A DNA stretch of 64,000 bases from Methanothermococcus sp. Ax23 (lineage in GTDB: Archaea; AGJL01; Methanococci; Methanococcales; Methanococcaceae). The position numbers and the translations under genes are program-made. The notes beneath the pieces are model-generated. The model was not told the DNA's origin. It was given only the letters and a program-made list of their open reading frames with translations, and did not search any database. Positions 21,266-32,265 of this stretch are shown here, piece by piece. The DNA is taken from positions 1,440,001-1,504,000 of the forward strand of contig NZ_CP157522.1 in NCBI RefSeq assembly GCF_049075655.1. Direction: 5' to 3'. Each line of letters starts with the position of its first letter. The first letter of the stretch is position 1.

Positions 21266-22447
21266 TTATTTACTTAGTATATTATGCTTAAAATGCTCAA
21301 CAAGGTATGCACATAAGTCCCTATTATTTAAAACTTCATTGTATATTCCATAAACAAAATCTATATCGTAATTTTTGTTTTCAAGGAATTCCCTAAATAT
21401 TTCATCAACATTTTTATTTTGAATGTCAATTATTGTATCCTCTGTTTCATCCTCAACAATGGATAATCTGCTGTAAAGTGCCTTTTTTTCTAAAATATCC
21501 TTTAAATGTCCAAAAAGTTCTTTAACAACATTGCAAATAACCACTGGATTTGATTTTGATTCCATTTCATTTATAAGATTTTCAAAATCCTCTTTATTCA
21601 TGATTTTTTTATCTATTATAAAATCCCTGCATTTTATATCTATTTTATCCACATCGTTTATATCAAAATCCCCTCCACTCATATCAACTAAATAAAACCC
21701 CTTTCCGTTCTTTTCATAGTCCCTGTATTCATCATAAGACCAAATTTCTGTGGAACCGCTGTAAGCAAAGACGCCGTTTGTTGTGTTTGCTGTATTTGTG
21801 TTTATATTTGCCGTATCATCGTTATTTACTGTTTTAAGGATTCTCTGGTGAATATGCCCCCCTGCATAGTAGTTAAATCCCTTTGGAAAGTTGTTCAGTT
21901 GGAGCTCATATATGGGCAAGTTTGAGTAGGAGTAAATACTTTGATGAAACAGCAGTATTTTATTATTATACTTTTTAGATTCATTTTCTATTAGTTTATA
22001 GTCCTCGAAAAGATTGTTTATTTTGCTTTTAAATGTGAAATCAGAGCCCCCTATAAATATTTCCTCACTTCCTTTTCTAAAAATATGGTATTTTCTGCTG
22101 ACAAATGTTTTTAGATTATCGCCTAAAATACCCTTCAATATTTTGAAAGGAGAGCCTTTGGAATTTCTCTTTGGCAAATCATGATTGCCGTGAATAATAT
22201 AAACTGGTATATTATGTCTTTTTAGTCTATTAAACCCCTCTATTGCCGTGTAAATTGCATTAATTGATGGTTCTGGACTTTCAAACAAATCACCACTATG
22301 AACTACAAAATCTGGTTTTATCTCAATTATTTTATCAATGCACTGGTTAAATGAGCTGTAAATATCCCGTTCTCGTTCATCTAAATTATACTGCCTGTAT
22401 CCCAAATGGTTGTCGGATATATGGACAAACTGCAATTTCATCACCAT
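21266..22447 (-). CDS. mre11: DNA double-strand break repair nuclease Mre11
   Basis: SDNHLG, SGDLF, GNHD, GGHIH; adjacent to rad50. Confidence 0.95.
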   Translation of the reverse strand: MVMKLQFVHISDNHLGYRQYNLDERERDIYSSFNQCIDKIIEIKPDFVVHSGDLFESPEPSINAIYTAIEGFNRLKRHNIPVYIIHGNHDLPKRNSKGSPFKILKGILGDNLKTFVSRKYHIFRKGSEEIFIGGSDFTFKSKINNLFEDYKLIENESKKYNNKILLFHQSIYSYSNLPIYELQLNNFPKGFNYYAGGHIHQRILKTVNNDDTANINTNTANTTNGVFAYSGSTEIWSYDEYRDYEKNGKGFYLVDMSGGDFDINDVDKIDIKCRDFIIDKKIMNKEDFENLINEMESKSNPVVICNVVKELFGHLKDILEKKALYSRLSIVEDETEDTIIDIQNKNVDEIFREFLENKNYDIDFVYGIYNEVLNNRDLCAYLVEHFKHNILSK

Positions 22448-22556
22448 AATATTTTATACTTCGTATTCGCATGTAATTATTCATGTGTAATTAATATACA
22501 TTATTATATTATTACTTAGTTTATTAATTTATTTATTTTTCATCCATGGTGAGATT

Positions 22557-23348
22557 GTGGAATTAGGATTAAAGATAGAAGATGCTGTAAAATTGAACAA
22601 AGAATTGCAAAAGTATGCTTTTTATAAAAACGGAAGAATTAGAATAGACTTTAAGAATAAAGAAGCACTGTATCTATATAATAAAACAATTTTAAAACAT
22701 CTGTTTGATTTAGATATGGAATTTCACAAAAATGCACTTATACCTACGCCTATAAATCGATATTTATTCGTTAAAAATGTATTTGAAAATAATAATACTA
22801 ATAATCATCAAATAAAAACAGTTTTAGAGATTGGAACAGGCTCAGGCATAATTTCCATGATGATAGCAAAATACTACAACTGCAAAGTTTATGCAACGGA
22901 AACTGTAAAGGAATATATAAATATGGCAAATGAAAATATCATAAAAAATAATCTAAATAATAGTATAAAAATAATTGATTCAAATAATAAAATTATTGAA
23001 GGTATAGATGAGCTCACCAACAAAAAATTTGATTTAATTATATCCTATCCTCCTTTTTATGACTCCAACTCTGTTCCATCAAAGAGAAGTTTTGGCGGAG
23101 CTCATGCCACAGATGTGGAGCTCATAGGTGGTGGAAAATACGGTGAAGAATTCTCTTTAAAGATAATTGAAGAAGGTGTAAATTATCTAAATAAAGATGG
23201 ATTAATTGCATTAATGTTTCCACATAAACCTGTGGAGAGAAGAAAAGCCGTGGAGAATAAAATAAAAGATGTAGGTTTAATATTAAAAACAGATGAGATT
23301 AAAACTGGCAAAAGAATAAGGCACATTATTAAGGGATATAAAATATAA
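22557..23348 (+). CDS. RlmF-related SAM-dependent N-methyltransferase
   Basis: IDFKNKEAL, LIPTP, LEIGTGSG, SYPPFY. Confidence 0.8.
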   Translation: MELGLKIEDAVKLNKELQKYAFYKNGRIRIDFKNKEALYLYNKTILKHLFDLDMEFHKNALIPTPINRYLFVKNVFENNNTNNHQIKTVLEIGTGSGIISMMIAKYYNCKVYATETVKEYINMANENIIKNNLNNSIKIIDSNNKIIEGIDELTNKKFDLIISYPPFYDSNSVPSKRSFGGAHATDVELIGGGKYGEEFSLKIIEEGVNYLNKDGLIALMFPHKPVERRKAVENKIKDVGLILKTDEIKTGKRIRHIIKGYKI

Positions 23349-23392
23349 CATTATATTTAAAAATATCAAGAATATTAAAATTAGGTGAAAAC

Positions 23393-24013
23393 ATGGCTAG
23401 ATGGACGGCATACAAAATTCATCCAGAAGAATTTTTAAATAGCGAAATTAATGAAAAAGCGTTAATAATAGATGGTAAAAGAATACACAGGGTTAGGCTA
23501 TTGGGAGAAGTAAAAAATGTATCAGTTTCAACTATTATATCCTTTGAATTAGATGGCGTGGTTATCAAAGATTTTGAAAAAAAGGCAGAAGATATTGAAG
23601 AGGGGGATTTTGTAGATATTATAGGAAGAGTGGGGGAGTATGAAGGTTCAAAATATGTTGCATTGGAAGTGTATAAAAAGAGAAATGATGACAAAGAAAA
23701 ATGGAAAGAATTAAGAACCCTTGAAATAGAAAAGACAAGAAAGTATTTAGAAGATGAAGAATCTACATCTCAGTATGGAAGTGAAAAAAGCGATAACTCC
23801 GTAGCTGATGAAGTATTGGAAGATATTTATAGTGATGAAGAATGTCCAAAAGATTTAATTTTAAATATTATAAATGAAAATGACGAAATAACTTATGAAG
23901 AACTAGCTGAAAAGGCTGGAATGGATGAGAAAGAACTCGATAATATATTGGAAGAGTTAATTGATGATGGGGAAATATATGAACCTAAAACCGGAGTATA
24001 TAGAATATTATAA
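23393..24013 (+). CDS. RPA32-like OB-fold + winged-helix ssDNA-binding protein
   Basis: N-terminal OB fold; C-terminal LIDDGEIYEPKTGVY wHTH. Confidence 0.78.
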   Translation: MARWTAYKIHPEEFLNSEINEKALIIDGKRIHRVRLLGEVKNVSVSTIISFELDGVVIKDFEKKAEDIEEGDFVDIIGRVGEYEGSKYVALEVYKKRNDDKEKWKELRTLEIEKTRKYLEDEESTSQYGSEKSDNSVADEVLEDIYSDEECPKDLILNIINENDEITYEELAEKAGMDEKELDNILEELIDDGEIYEPKTGVYRIL

Positions 24014-24076
24014 TTATAGGTTAATAATTATAGGTTATTAAATGGGAATAACATACAATAAAATAAGTGGGGTATT

Positions 24077-25003
24077 ATGAAAAAAATATATTTATTTGCA
24101 GGCGGTGCATTTGTATTAATGATTATAATGGTTATAGCAATGTGTTTATTTTTAATATCTGGTTCAAATGGATGGAACTTCAAATCAGGTGGTGGAAACA
24201 TTGCAGTAATAAACATTGATAACATGCTTGTTTTAAATTCGGCATCCTCAGGAGTATTCAGTGTTAAAGAACCAAGTGTTAAAGACTACATCGGAGCTCT
24301 GGATGATGCAGAAAATGACCCAAATATTAAAGCCATAATTTTAAAAATAAACTGCCCAGGTGGAGAGGTTGTAGCAAGTGAAAAACTTGCAAGAAAGGTT
24401 AAAGAAGTTTCTGAGAAAAAAACCGTGGTAGCTTATGTTGAAACCCTTGGAGCTTCTGGTGCATATATGGCCATTGCTCCTGCAAATTATATTGTAGCTG
24501 AAAAACATTCTATTGTGGGAAGTATTGGAGTTAGGATGGATATGATTCATTATTATGGACTTATGGAAAAGCTTGGTGTGAATGCAACAGTCATAAAAGC
24601 TGGGAAGTATAAAGACATTGGTTCGCCATACAGACCGATGACTCCGGAAGAAAAAGAGTATTTGGAAAAAATGATAAATGAAACCTATATGGATTTTGTT
24701 AAATGGGTTGCAGAAAACAGAAATATGACAATAAATGAAACATTAAAAGTTGCCGATGGTAAAATATACTCAGGTAGTGATGCTAAAAAAGCTGGGCTTG
24801 TTGATGCCGTGGGAACAGAAGAAGATGCCATAAATATAACAGCAGAGATTGCAAATATATCCAATCCTAAAACTGTGGAATACACTCCATTAAAATCCGC
24901 TGGAATTTTCAGCATGATGTCAAATATAGTTTATAATTTGGGATATGGCATAGGAAAAGGTTTTGGTGAAACCGAAAAAAGTAATATTGGAATGTATTAT
25001 TAA
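24077..25003 (+). CDS. sppA: signal peptide peptidase SppA (S49)
   Basis: INCPGG, ASGAY, GSIGV, KAGKYKD, GLVD. Confidence 0.92.
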   Translation: MKKIYLFAGGAFVLMIIMVIAMCLFLISGSNGWNFKSGGGNIAVINIDNMLVLNSASSGVFSVKEPSVKDYIGALDDAENDPNIKAIILKINCPGGEVVASEKLARKVKEVSEKKTVVAYVETLGASGAYMAIAPANYIVAEKHSIVGSIGVRMDMIHYYGLMEKLGVNATVIKAGKYKDIGSPYRPMTPEEKEYLEKMINETYMDFVKWVAENRNMTINETLKVADGKIYSGSDAKKAGLVDAVGTEEDAINITAEIANISNPKTVEYTPLKSAGIFSMMSNIVYNLGYGIGKGFGETEKSNIGMYY

Positions 25004-25125
25004 TACTAAATATTAAATTACGGCACCAAATAAAAAAATAAGAATAAACAAGTATAATATAAATATAATTATAATATAATCACAAATAAACTAAAAAAAT
25101 AAATATAAATAATATTTTACTATTT

Positions 25126-26685
25126 TTAAGGCCAGGTGATTACCTTTGGAATTTCTGGCATTTTTCCTATTTTCTTTTGCACCAATTCAGGCCAGTCGTC
25201 ATAATTAAATCCATATTGTGCCAAGAAACCAATTACCCATCTTGTGAGACCATATCCTGTGCATCCAGTCCATACTTTTCTTCCTTTATAGTCTTTTATT
25301 CCAAATCCTTCAACAAAATGAGTTCCATGAACATTTGCGGATGTTACAGCCACCCCTTTTCTTTCATCCTTTATATGTGGCAACCATAATCTCATTTCAT
25401 ATTTAGGAACTTCTGGGAACTCTATACATCTATCCTCTTTTTTCCTACCTTCAAGATAGAATGGGTCATCTCCAACCTCTGTCCAATATTCCAAATCAAG
25501 CTTTTCAGCAAGTTTTTCAGCATATTTTAATGTTTCATCCCTGGTTTTTTCAACAAATTCTGGACTTCCCATCTCTACGCATTCTATCCTTAAAAACTCA
25601 TTAACTCTATCAAGTCCTTTTGCACCGCCACCTTCCCATCTATATGTCCATCCACTTTTATCTACAAACTTTATAGGTTTATCTACATCAATGAGCTCAT
25701 GGTCAAAGAATTGGTAGAATGGCTCACACTGAGCAGGTGCCAAAACATACCCTGGGTTTCTCAATAAATCATTTAATTTATGGATAGGTATCTCTTTTTT
25801 TATCATCATTTCATTTACAAACTCTCTGAACATTTCAGGGTCTCTTTTTGGAGGGCAGACATAATACATTCCCTCAGGAAGTCCTTCCAAATACCTCATT
25901 TTATACATAACTTCCAATGGAATTAACTTCGGGAACAGACATTCATCAAATCCTATTTTGTTGATACACTCTTCCATTATGAGCTCCTCAAATGCCCTAA
26001 ATAATTTTGTCATAGGCGGAGTATAGAACCACTGCCCCTTTCCAATAAATCTTTTAACCCACCCAAGTTCCTCAGCAACTTCCGTTGGGTCTTTATCAAA
26101 TGTAATTGTCCTTTTTGCTTTATACTCACTAACTATTGTTCCAGGAGCTATCGCACAGACATCAAAGGTTAAATCTTTCTCTTCTTCCTTTTCAAGTTCA
26201 TTTCTTACGAATTTTATCGCTCTATCTACAATATTCCTTTTTAATTCACTATCTCCGATGTTTTCGAATATTATTTTTACGGCATTATTGTCATAATCAA
26301 TCTCAGTTTCGCATTCTGGAACTTTGATGCCCTTTATAGTTTCAAGAACTTCCTTTTCAGCAGGTATTGTTATTTCATAATGTTCTATGACGATATCTCT
26401 TATACCTGTTTTATGTTTTCTTCCAACTTTTTCCATGATAGGTTTTTTCAACCTCATTATTGCCTCATGAGCTCTTGCATAAGTTCCTGATACGATGTTT
26501 AATTTTAATTCCTTTCCCTCAAAATCATAGCTTATTATCTTTGAAGCTTCATCTTCCTTTCCTTTTGGGACTCCTTTTAGAAATATTTCCCTGCTATTGT
26601 CCAATACTTCTATTATATCCTTTTGTGCATCCTCGTTCAATTCCTTGCTAAATATAATTTTCCCATTTAATTCAAACTTCATCAT
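25126..26685 (-). CDS. serS: seryl-tRNA synthetase, methanogen type
   Basis: [34 protein letters not shown]. Confidence 0.95.
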   Translation of the reverse strand: MMKFELNGKIIFSKELNEDAQKDIIEVLDNSREIFLKGVPKGKEDEASKIISYDFEGKELKLNIVSGTYARAHEAIMRLKKPIMEKVGRKHKTGIRDIVIEHYEITIPAEKEVLETIKGIKVPECETEIDYDNNAVKIIFENIGDSELKRNIVDRAIKFVRNELEKEEEKDLTFDVCAIAPGTIVSEYKAKRTITFDKDPTEVAEELGWVKRFIGKGQWFYTPPMTKLFRAFEELIMEECINKIGFDECLFPKLIPLEVMYKMRYLEGLPEGMYYVCPPKRDPEMFREFVNEMMIKKEIPIHKLNDLLRNPGYVLAPAQCEPFYQFFDHELIDVDKPIKFVDKSGWTYRWEGGGAKGLDRVNEFLRIECVEMGSPEFVEKTRDETLKYAEKLAEKLDLEYWTEVGDDPFYLEGRKKEDRCIEFPEVPKYEMRLWLPHIKDERKGVAVTSANVHGTHFVEGFGIKDYKGRKVWTGCTGYGLTRWVIGFLAQYGFNYDDWPELVQKKIGKMPEIPKVITWP

Positions 26686-26848
26686 TTCACCGTTTTTATA
26701 AATATATAAAATTGATTAATGCCTTGCAATTATACGCATAATAAAAATTAAAAACTAAAAATTAAAAAATTCATTTAATGGAATATTCGTTATTTTATTT
26801 AAATATTTATCATGAGTTTATATACTAATATCCATGATTTTGGATTTA

Positions 26849-27859
26849 TTAACTTCTATTTTTTATTTCCTCAATTATCTTGTCTGTGAGCTCAGTAGTT
26901 TTTAAATTTCCACCTAAATCTGGAGTCATATATCCTTTTTTCAACACTGATTTAACGGAATCTCTTAACAATCTACTTTTTTCTTTCATTCCTAAATAAT
27001 ACAGCATCATAGATGCACTTAATATTGAAGCTATTGGATTTGCTATGCCCTTTCCTGCAATGTCTGGTGCCGAACCATGAACTGGCTCAAATAATCCGTG
27101 TTTATCCCCAATGTTTGCAGATGGTGCCAGCCCAAGACCTCCTAGCAATCCAGAAGCTTCATCGGATAGTATGTCTCCAAACAAGTTTGTAGTTACCATG
27201 ACATCAAACATCTGCGGATTTTTTAGGATATACATAGCAGTGGCATCCACCAAATAATTATCACTATCTATATTAAACTTTTTGTATTGCTCTCCAATCT
27301 CATTAAATATTTTTAAAAAGAGACCGTCAGTTATTCTCAAAATATTTGCCTTATGTATGCAGGATACTTTTTTCCTATGGTGTTTCAGTGCATAATCAAA
27401 TGCAAATTTAATTATTCTGCTACTTCCCTTCTTAGAAATAACTCTTTCTGCAACAGCTATTTCTTTTTCATCGTCATAATATTCCCTATTAACATATAAT
27501 CCTTCGGTATTTTCCCTTATAATTACAAAATCAATATCTTCAAAATTATTGATTGGTCTAACATTTGCGTATAAATCGAGCTCCTTTCGTAGTGTTAATA
27601 TGGGACTTTTATACATCTTCCTTTCTAATTCATCAGGCTTTGGCGTAGTTACTGCACCAAATAATATTGCATCGCACTCCTTGGCAGTTTCAAGGGTTCT
27701 ATCTGGTATAGCACTATTGCATCTCTTAAAACATTCATAGCCTGCATGTTCTTTAATAAATTCAAAATCTCCGAGCTCATTTAAAATTCTTACAGTTTCA
27801 GGAATTACTTCCTTACCTATTCCATCTCCTTCTATAACGCATATTTTATATATTTTCAT
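26849..27859 (-). CDS. aksF: homoisocitrate/isopropylmalate dehydrogenase family, most like AksF
   Basis: EGDGIGKEV, RENTEG, NLFGDILSD, FEPVHGSAPDIAG; ILNELGDF/TTPKP pattern favours AksF over LeuB (from recall). Confidence 0.75.
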   Translation of the reverse strand: MKIYKICVIEGDGIGKEVIPETVRILNELGDFEFIKEHAGYECFKRCNSAIPDRTLETAKECDAILFGAVTTPKPDELERKMYKSPILTLRKELDLYANVRPINNFEDIDFVIIRENTEGLYVNREYYDDEKEIAVAERVISKKGSSRIIKFAFDYALKHHRKKVSCIHKANILRITDGLFLKIFNEIGEQYKKFNIDSDNYLVDATAMYILKNPQMFDVMVTTNLFGDILSDEASGLLGGLGLAPSANIGDKHGLFEPVHGSAPDIAGKGIANPIASILSASMMLYYLGMKEKSRLLRDSVKSVLKKGYMTPDLGGNLKTTELTDKIIEEIKNRS

Positions 27860-28292
27860 TAAATCACCAGTGTGTATAAAATGGGCTAATTATATAATTA
27901 TCGATAATTTCATCAAACTTAAAATCGTGTATAAAAGAGACAAAGAAATTATTTAAAAAATAGATGATAATTTTAATATATATCATTAACCATAGAATAT
28001 TATTATATTAAGTTATATTCATAATATTGTTGATTAATTATACTTATTAATGGTCCATTAATAACTTTTGGTAATGCTTACACTGGACACTAATAACAAT
28101 CAATAAAAAATTAGTGGTGTTTCCAATTTTGCATATACTAGTAATTGATTCTAATAATCTCCATACTACGAATTATTGAATTATAGCAAATGTTTAACAC
28201 TGCCACAATTTGATTAATATTAATATATCATATTGTGGTATATTAATATTATAGTATATTATATGCTCGCAAATTTTAATAGGGAGATATTT

Positions 28293-31200
28293 ATGTATGA
28301 TGATATACCGCAAGAAGAACTTTCAAAATTATTTAAAGAATATTGTGAATTGGATTGGAAAAAGAAATCTGAGGCAGCCCGAATATTGGGACATATTAAC
28401 GACATTAATGAGCTTAAGAAAATACAAGAGCAAATTATAAAATTAGCCCAGGATAAAAACTTAGCTACAAGAGTAAATCTAATGAACTCTATAAAGAAGC
28501 TCATTTTAGACCACCGCATTATTAATGAGGATATATTTGTTTTACTCTATTTTTGGGCCAATTCCTTCAACACCACAACATCAGAATTTGCCAAACAAAT
28601 TATAAACTCCTTAAATGTGAATGTGATTGTCGACTACATCCTCTCATTATCCATAAAACTTTATTCTTCCAATCCTTATGAAGTAGCATATGCCATGGCA
28701 TCCTTAGGATTGATATCAACAGTTACCCCTGAACACTTAACAAATACCCTCCCTGAGATTGTATTAATGTCCAACGGTCATAAATACAAGATACTTCAAG
28801 TGCTTGCTATTGAAATACTTGAAGAATTTAAAACATTGGATAAACATTATCTAATTAATTCGTATTTTATGGTATATCTAGAATACCATAAAAACGTTTT
28901 TGATACTACTGGTTTAGATAATAAATCCCTGAAATTCCTTAAATTTTTATATAATACGTATTTCAAAGAAACTGCTTCCAGAGAAGATATATTAAAAATC
29001 ATAAATGCTCTGGAAAATAGGGAACCTTTTGTAAAATCCATTATTATGGCTACATTATATACTCATGCCGATGTTTTATATCAGATATTAAAGGAGGATA
29101 AAAAATTAAGTAATTACTTGATAGATGAAACAATAAGCTCTTTTAAAAATCCTGACCGGATGATTAGGCTTTCATCCATGTTTTTGTTTATAAAGTTGAT
29201 ATTCTTTGATAAAATATATATTAAAAATGAATACTTAGATATGTTTTTTGACAAAATCCTTGAAAATTTCAATGATAAATATATTGTAAAGGGATTTTCT
29301 CTTGAAATATTATACTACCTATTAAAAAATACAGAATCGAAATATATTAAAAAGAAAGTATCTGAGGTTATTGATAAAATTGATTTAAAAAGTATAATGA
29401 ATGAAGGGCATTTATGCTATTATAATGGGTTATATTTGGCATATGAATTAAAAAAATATGAATGTTTCTCAGCAACATCTTCTCCTAATTTTAATATGGG
29501 TTTTATAGAGGAATTCAAAGATATGGATATATTGGAATTCCAGAAGCTGATTAAATCCCTATATATTGATACAAAAAGAAAAGGCTGGATAAATAGATAC
29601 TACGCTGGAAAATATTTAGGTAATGCAATATATGCAAGACCCGGTTATGCATCCAATATGTTTGATATAATCGATAATATGTTGTATGACAACACATATT
29701 TGGTAAGAAATATGGGAATATGGTTATTGAGAATGATAGTTGAGTTAAACAATGAGACTCCAAATAATCTTATTATTAAATCTACATCTTTGTTTGATGA
29801 TTGGTATTTCGGAAACCGAATCGAATATTTATTATTTTATAATATATTAATAGAGAATTACCCAAATAGTCTTGAAAAAGAAGAAATCAGAAAAAATATT
29901 ATTTCAGCAATTATGACAAAATATTTAACAGATAAACATAGATTTGTAAAAGATATTAGCAAAAACTTATTGGATAAATTATTGATTAAATTTCCAGAAT
30001 ATAAGGAATTTTTAGATTATCATAACATATCTATCAAAGAACGTTTTGATTTAATTGAAAAATATTTAAAATTTCCTGAAACGAGGAAAGCCACCATATT
30101 GCTCGCCAAAATTGAACTAAAGCGACACATCAAAAAGGGCGAGGATAACTCCATTAGAGTGATTTTAAAAGTCTTTGAGAATAATATCTACGAAGAAATA
30201 ATATATATTCTTCCAGAGATCATTGCATTGAAAGGAAAATCTGAAATAGCTAAAAAGATTGTTGAGGATTACATATCAAAATACCCCACATTACCAAAAG
30301 AGATGGATGATATTACATATCGTTTTATTGAGGAACCCATATTTAAAATAAGAAATACTCACTTAAAAAAATTATTAAGATTTATCAAGGAAGGATTGAT
30401 AATAAGCGATAAGTTATTAAACAGAGTTAAAGAATTAATAATATATGAACGTGTAGTTGAGGAAAATATCAATCTTGCATTATCAATACTTGAAGAAATA
30501 AATGAACCTGAAAGTGTAGCCATAATTAAAGAAAAAAGGGAATTAATAGAACATCTGAAAAAGAATCCATTAAATCTTGATAAAATCGAAAATGGAGATA
30601 TTGAATGGGAAAAATACCATATCAAAATAACATATATCCCAACAAAAGATGTTATTAAAATTTTTGGAAGCGACGACATTAAAGATATTGTAAAAACGAT
30701 TATTCACATATTAAATCTTGAAGAAGCAGTAATTTTGAAGATAATGGTCATGGATTTGTTAATTGAAGAGATTTCTAAAAATGGGAAGTTATTGGACGAA
30801 TTATTGTCAAATAATATATATGACATACTATCAAAATTAGCATTATTGGATGGTTATGGATTATTATCAGAAAAAGCATTAGTATTACTTGAAGGAATAG
30901 CATTGAAAAAAGATAACTGGCTGAAAAATAATCTATTAAACAATCCTGGGAAAAAACCCACATTAAAAATTATAAGAAAATTTTTAAGACATAATACATC
31001 AATCTATGTTAAATTGGAAATTATTGAGGTTTTGGAATACCTGCTAAAAAATGACATTATTATATGTGATAAACACACTGCATCTGCATTTATATACACT
31101 CTTGTGAATATTGGTAACGACCAGCCATGGATAGTATTTAAAAAAGCTGTGGATGTTATTGGTTCCTGCCAGTATATACGAGAAGATAAGAAACTTTTAA

Positions 31201-31361
31201 GTAAAATCGTTAAAAAAATTATGGAATATATTGAGGCATCCACATGTCCTGGTGTTAAAGAATATCTAATGAAAGTTCTTGAATCATTAAATGTAGAAAA
31301 AAAACTTGATAAAGATATTGTCGAAGAATATATTGAAGAATACAGTAAATTAAAAAAATAA
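28293..31361 (+). CDS. large HEAT/ARM-like alpha-solenoid protein
   Basis: about 1020 aa with recurring HEAT-like motifs (DKNLATRVN, DNTYLVRNMG, DKHRFVKD); AGGGAG RBS. Confidence 0.65.
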   Translation: MYDDIPQEELSKLFKEYCELDWKKKSEAARILGHINDINELKKIQEQIIKLAQDKNLATRVNLMNSIKKLILDHRIINEDIFVLLYFWANSFNTTTSEFAKQIINSLNVNVIVDYILSLSIKLYSSNPYEVAYAMASLGLISTVTPEHLTNTLPEIVLMSNGHKYKILQVLAIEILEEFKTLDKHYLINSYFMVYLEYHKNVFDTTGLDNKSLKFLKFLYNTYFKETASREDILKIINALENREPFVKSIIMATLYTHADVLYQILKEDKKLSNYLIDETISSFKNPDRMIRLSSMFLFIKLIFFDKIYIKNEYLDMFFDKILENFNDKYIVKGFSLEILYYLLKNTESKYIKKKVSEVIDKIDLKSIMNEGHLCYYNGLYLAYELKKYECFSATSSPNFNMGFIEEFKDMDILEFQKLIKSLYIDTKRKGWINRYYAGKYLGNAIYARPGYASNMFDIIDNMLYDNTYLVRNMGIWLLRMIVELNNETPNNLIIKSTSLFDDWYFGNRIEYLLFYNILIENYPNSLEKEEIRKNIISAIMTKYLTDKHRFVKDISKNLLDKLLIKFPEYKEFLDYHNISIKERFDLIEKYLKFPETRKATILLAKIELKRHIKKGEDNSIRVILKVFENNIYEEIIYILPEIIALKGKSEIAKKIVEDYISKYPTLPKEMDDITYRFIEEPIFKIRNTHLKKLLRFIKEGLIISDKLLNRVKELIIYERVVEENINLALSILEEINEPESVAIIKEKRELIEHLKKNPLNLDKIENGDIEWEKYHIKITYIPTKDVIKIFGSDDIKDIVKTIIHILNLEEAVILKIMVMDLLIEEISKNGKLLDELLSNNIYDILSKLALLDGYGLLSEKALVLLEGIALKKDNWLKNNLLNNPGKKPTLKIIRKFLRHNTSIYVKLEIIEVLEYLLKNDIIICDKHTASAFIYTLVNIGNDQPWIVFKKAVDVIGSCQYIREDKKLLSKIVKKIMEYIEASTCPGVKEYLMKVLESLNVEKKLDKDIVEEYIEEYSKLKK

Positions 31362-31386
31362 TTAAAAAATAAAATTCATATTTAAA

Positions 31387-31944
31387 TTATCTATTAACAA
31401 CATTATCTAGGAAATATTTATAAACTTTATACCCCTCATCCGAGAGCTCCGGATGGAATGCTATTGCCATGTATTTACCTTCCCTTACTCCAACAATATT
31501 ATCTCCCTCTTTTGCTATGATTTCAACAGCATCATCTAAAAGTTCATCTACAACAGGAGCTCTGATAAATACCGCATGAACTTTTTCGCCATCTAACTCA
31601 ATTTCTTCTTCAAAACTTTCCCTCTGGCTACCATAGGCGTTTCTTTTAATGGTTATATTCATTAACTCTAAAAGTGGCTGTTCCCTTCCAGTTCCTTTTG
31701 AAAGCAATACCATACCTGCACAAGTTCCCAATATTGGAAAATCAGAGTTTTTTAAAGCTTCAATAAAGCCATATTTTTTCATAAGTTTCCCCATTGTGGT
31801 GCTTTCTCCACCTGGAATAATAAGTGCATCAATATCATCTAAATCAGCAGGTGTTCTAATCCTTTTTGGCGTGCAATTTATCCTTTTAACCATTTCTTCA
31901 TGCTCTTCAATATCTCCCTGAATACCTAAAATACCTATATTCAT
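31387..31944 (-). CDS. pdxT: pyridoxal 5'-phosphate synthase glutaminase subunit
   Basis: PGGESTT, GTCAG, FIRAP, FHPEL; ATG 31944 after GGTGA. Confidence 0.95.
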   Translation of the reverse strand: MNIGILGIQGDIEEHEEMVKRINCTPKRIRTPADLDDIDALIIPGGESTTMGKLMKKYGFIEALKNSDFPILGTCAGMVLLSKGTGREQPLLELMNITIKRNAYGSQRESFEEEIELDGEKVHAVFIRAPVVDELLDDAVEIIAKEGDNIVGVREGKYMAIAFHPELSDEGYKVYKYFLDNVVNR

Positions 31945-32110
31945 ACTCTCACCATTTATGTAAATAATATTAGTAAAAATAAAAAAACTTCTAAAATAAA
32001 TAAACACCTCAGAGCTCATACGGTTCATCATATGTTATATATTATATATCAGCAAAATTTATTCATCACAGGTGTTTAATGATTATTATTATAATTATAA
32101 ATTGTTCCCC

Positions 32111-32265
32111 TTTTGAACAATATAAGGTGATATGATGAAATTCTTAATACTCGATGGATGGTCGAACCAAACCTTTAAAAAAGGTTTGGACGAAAATTCA
32201 AAACTCACTTCGTTCGTTTTGAACAATATAAGGTGATATGATGAAATTCTTAATACTCGACGGAT
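32111..32265. repeat. 49-bp direct duplication flanking a 57-nt double-hairpin insert
   Basis: 32111-32159 equals 32217-32265 with one mismatch. Confidence 0.95.
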
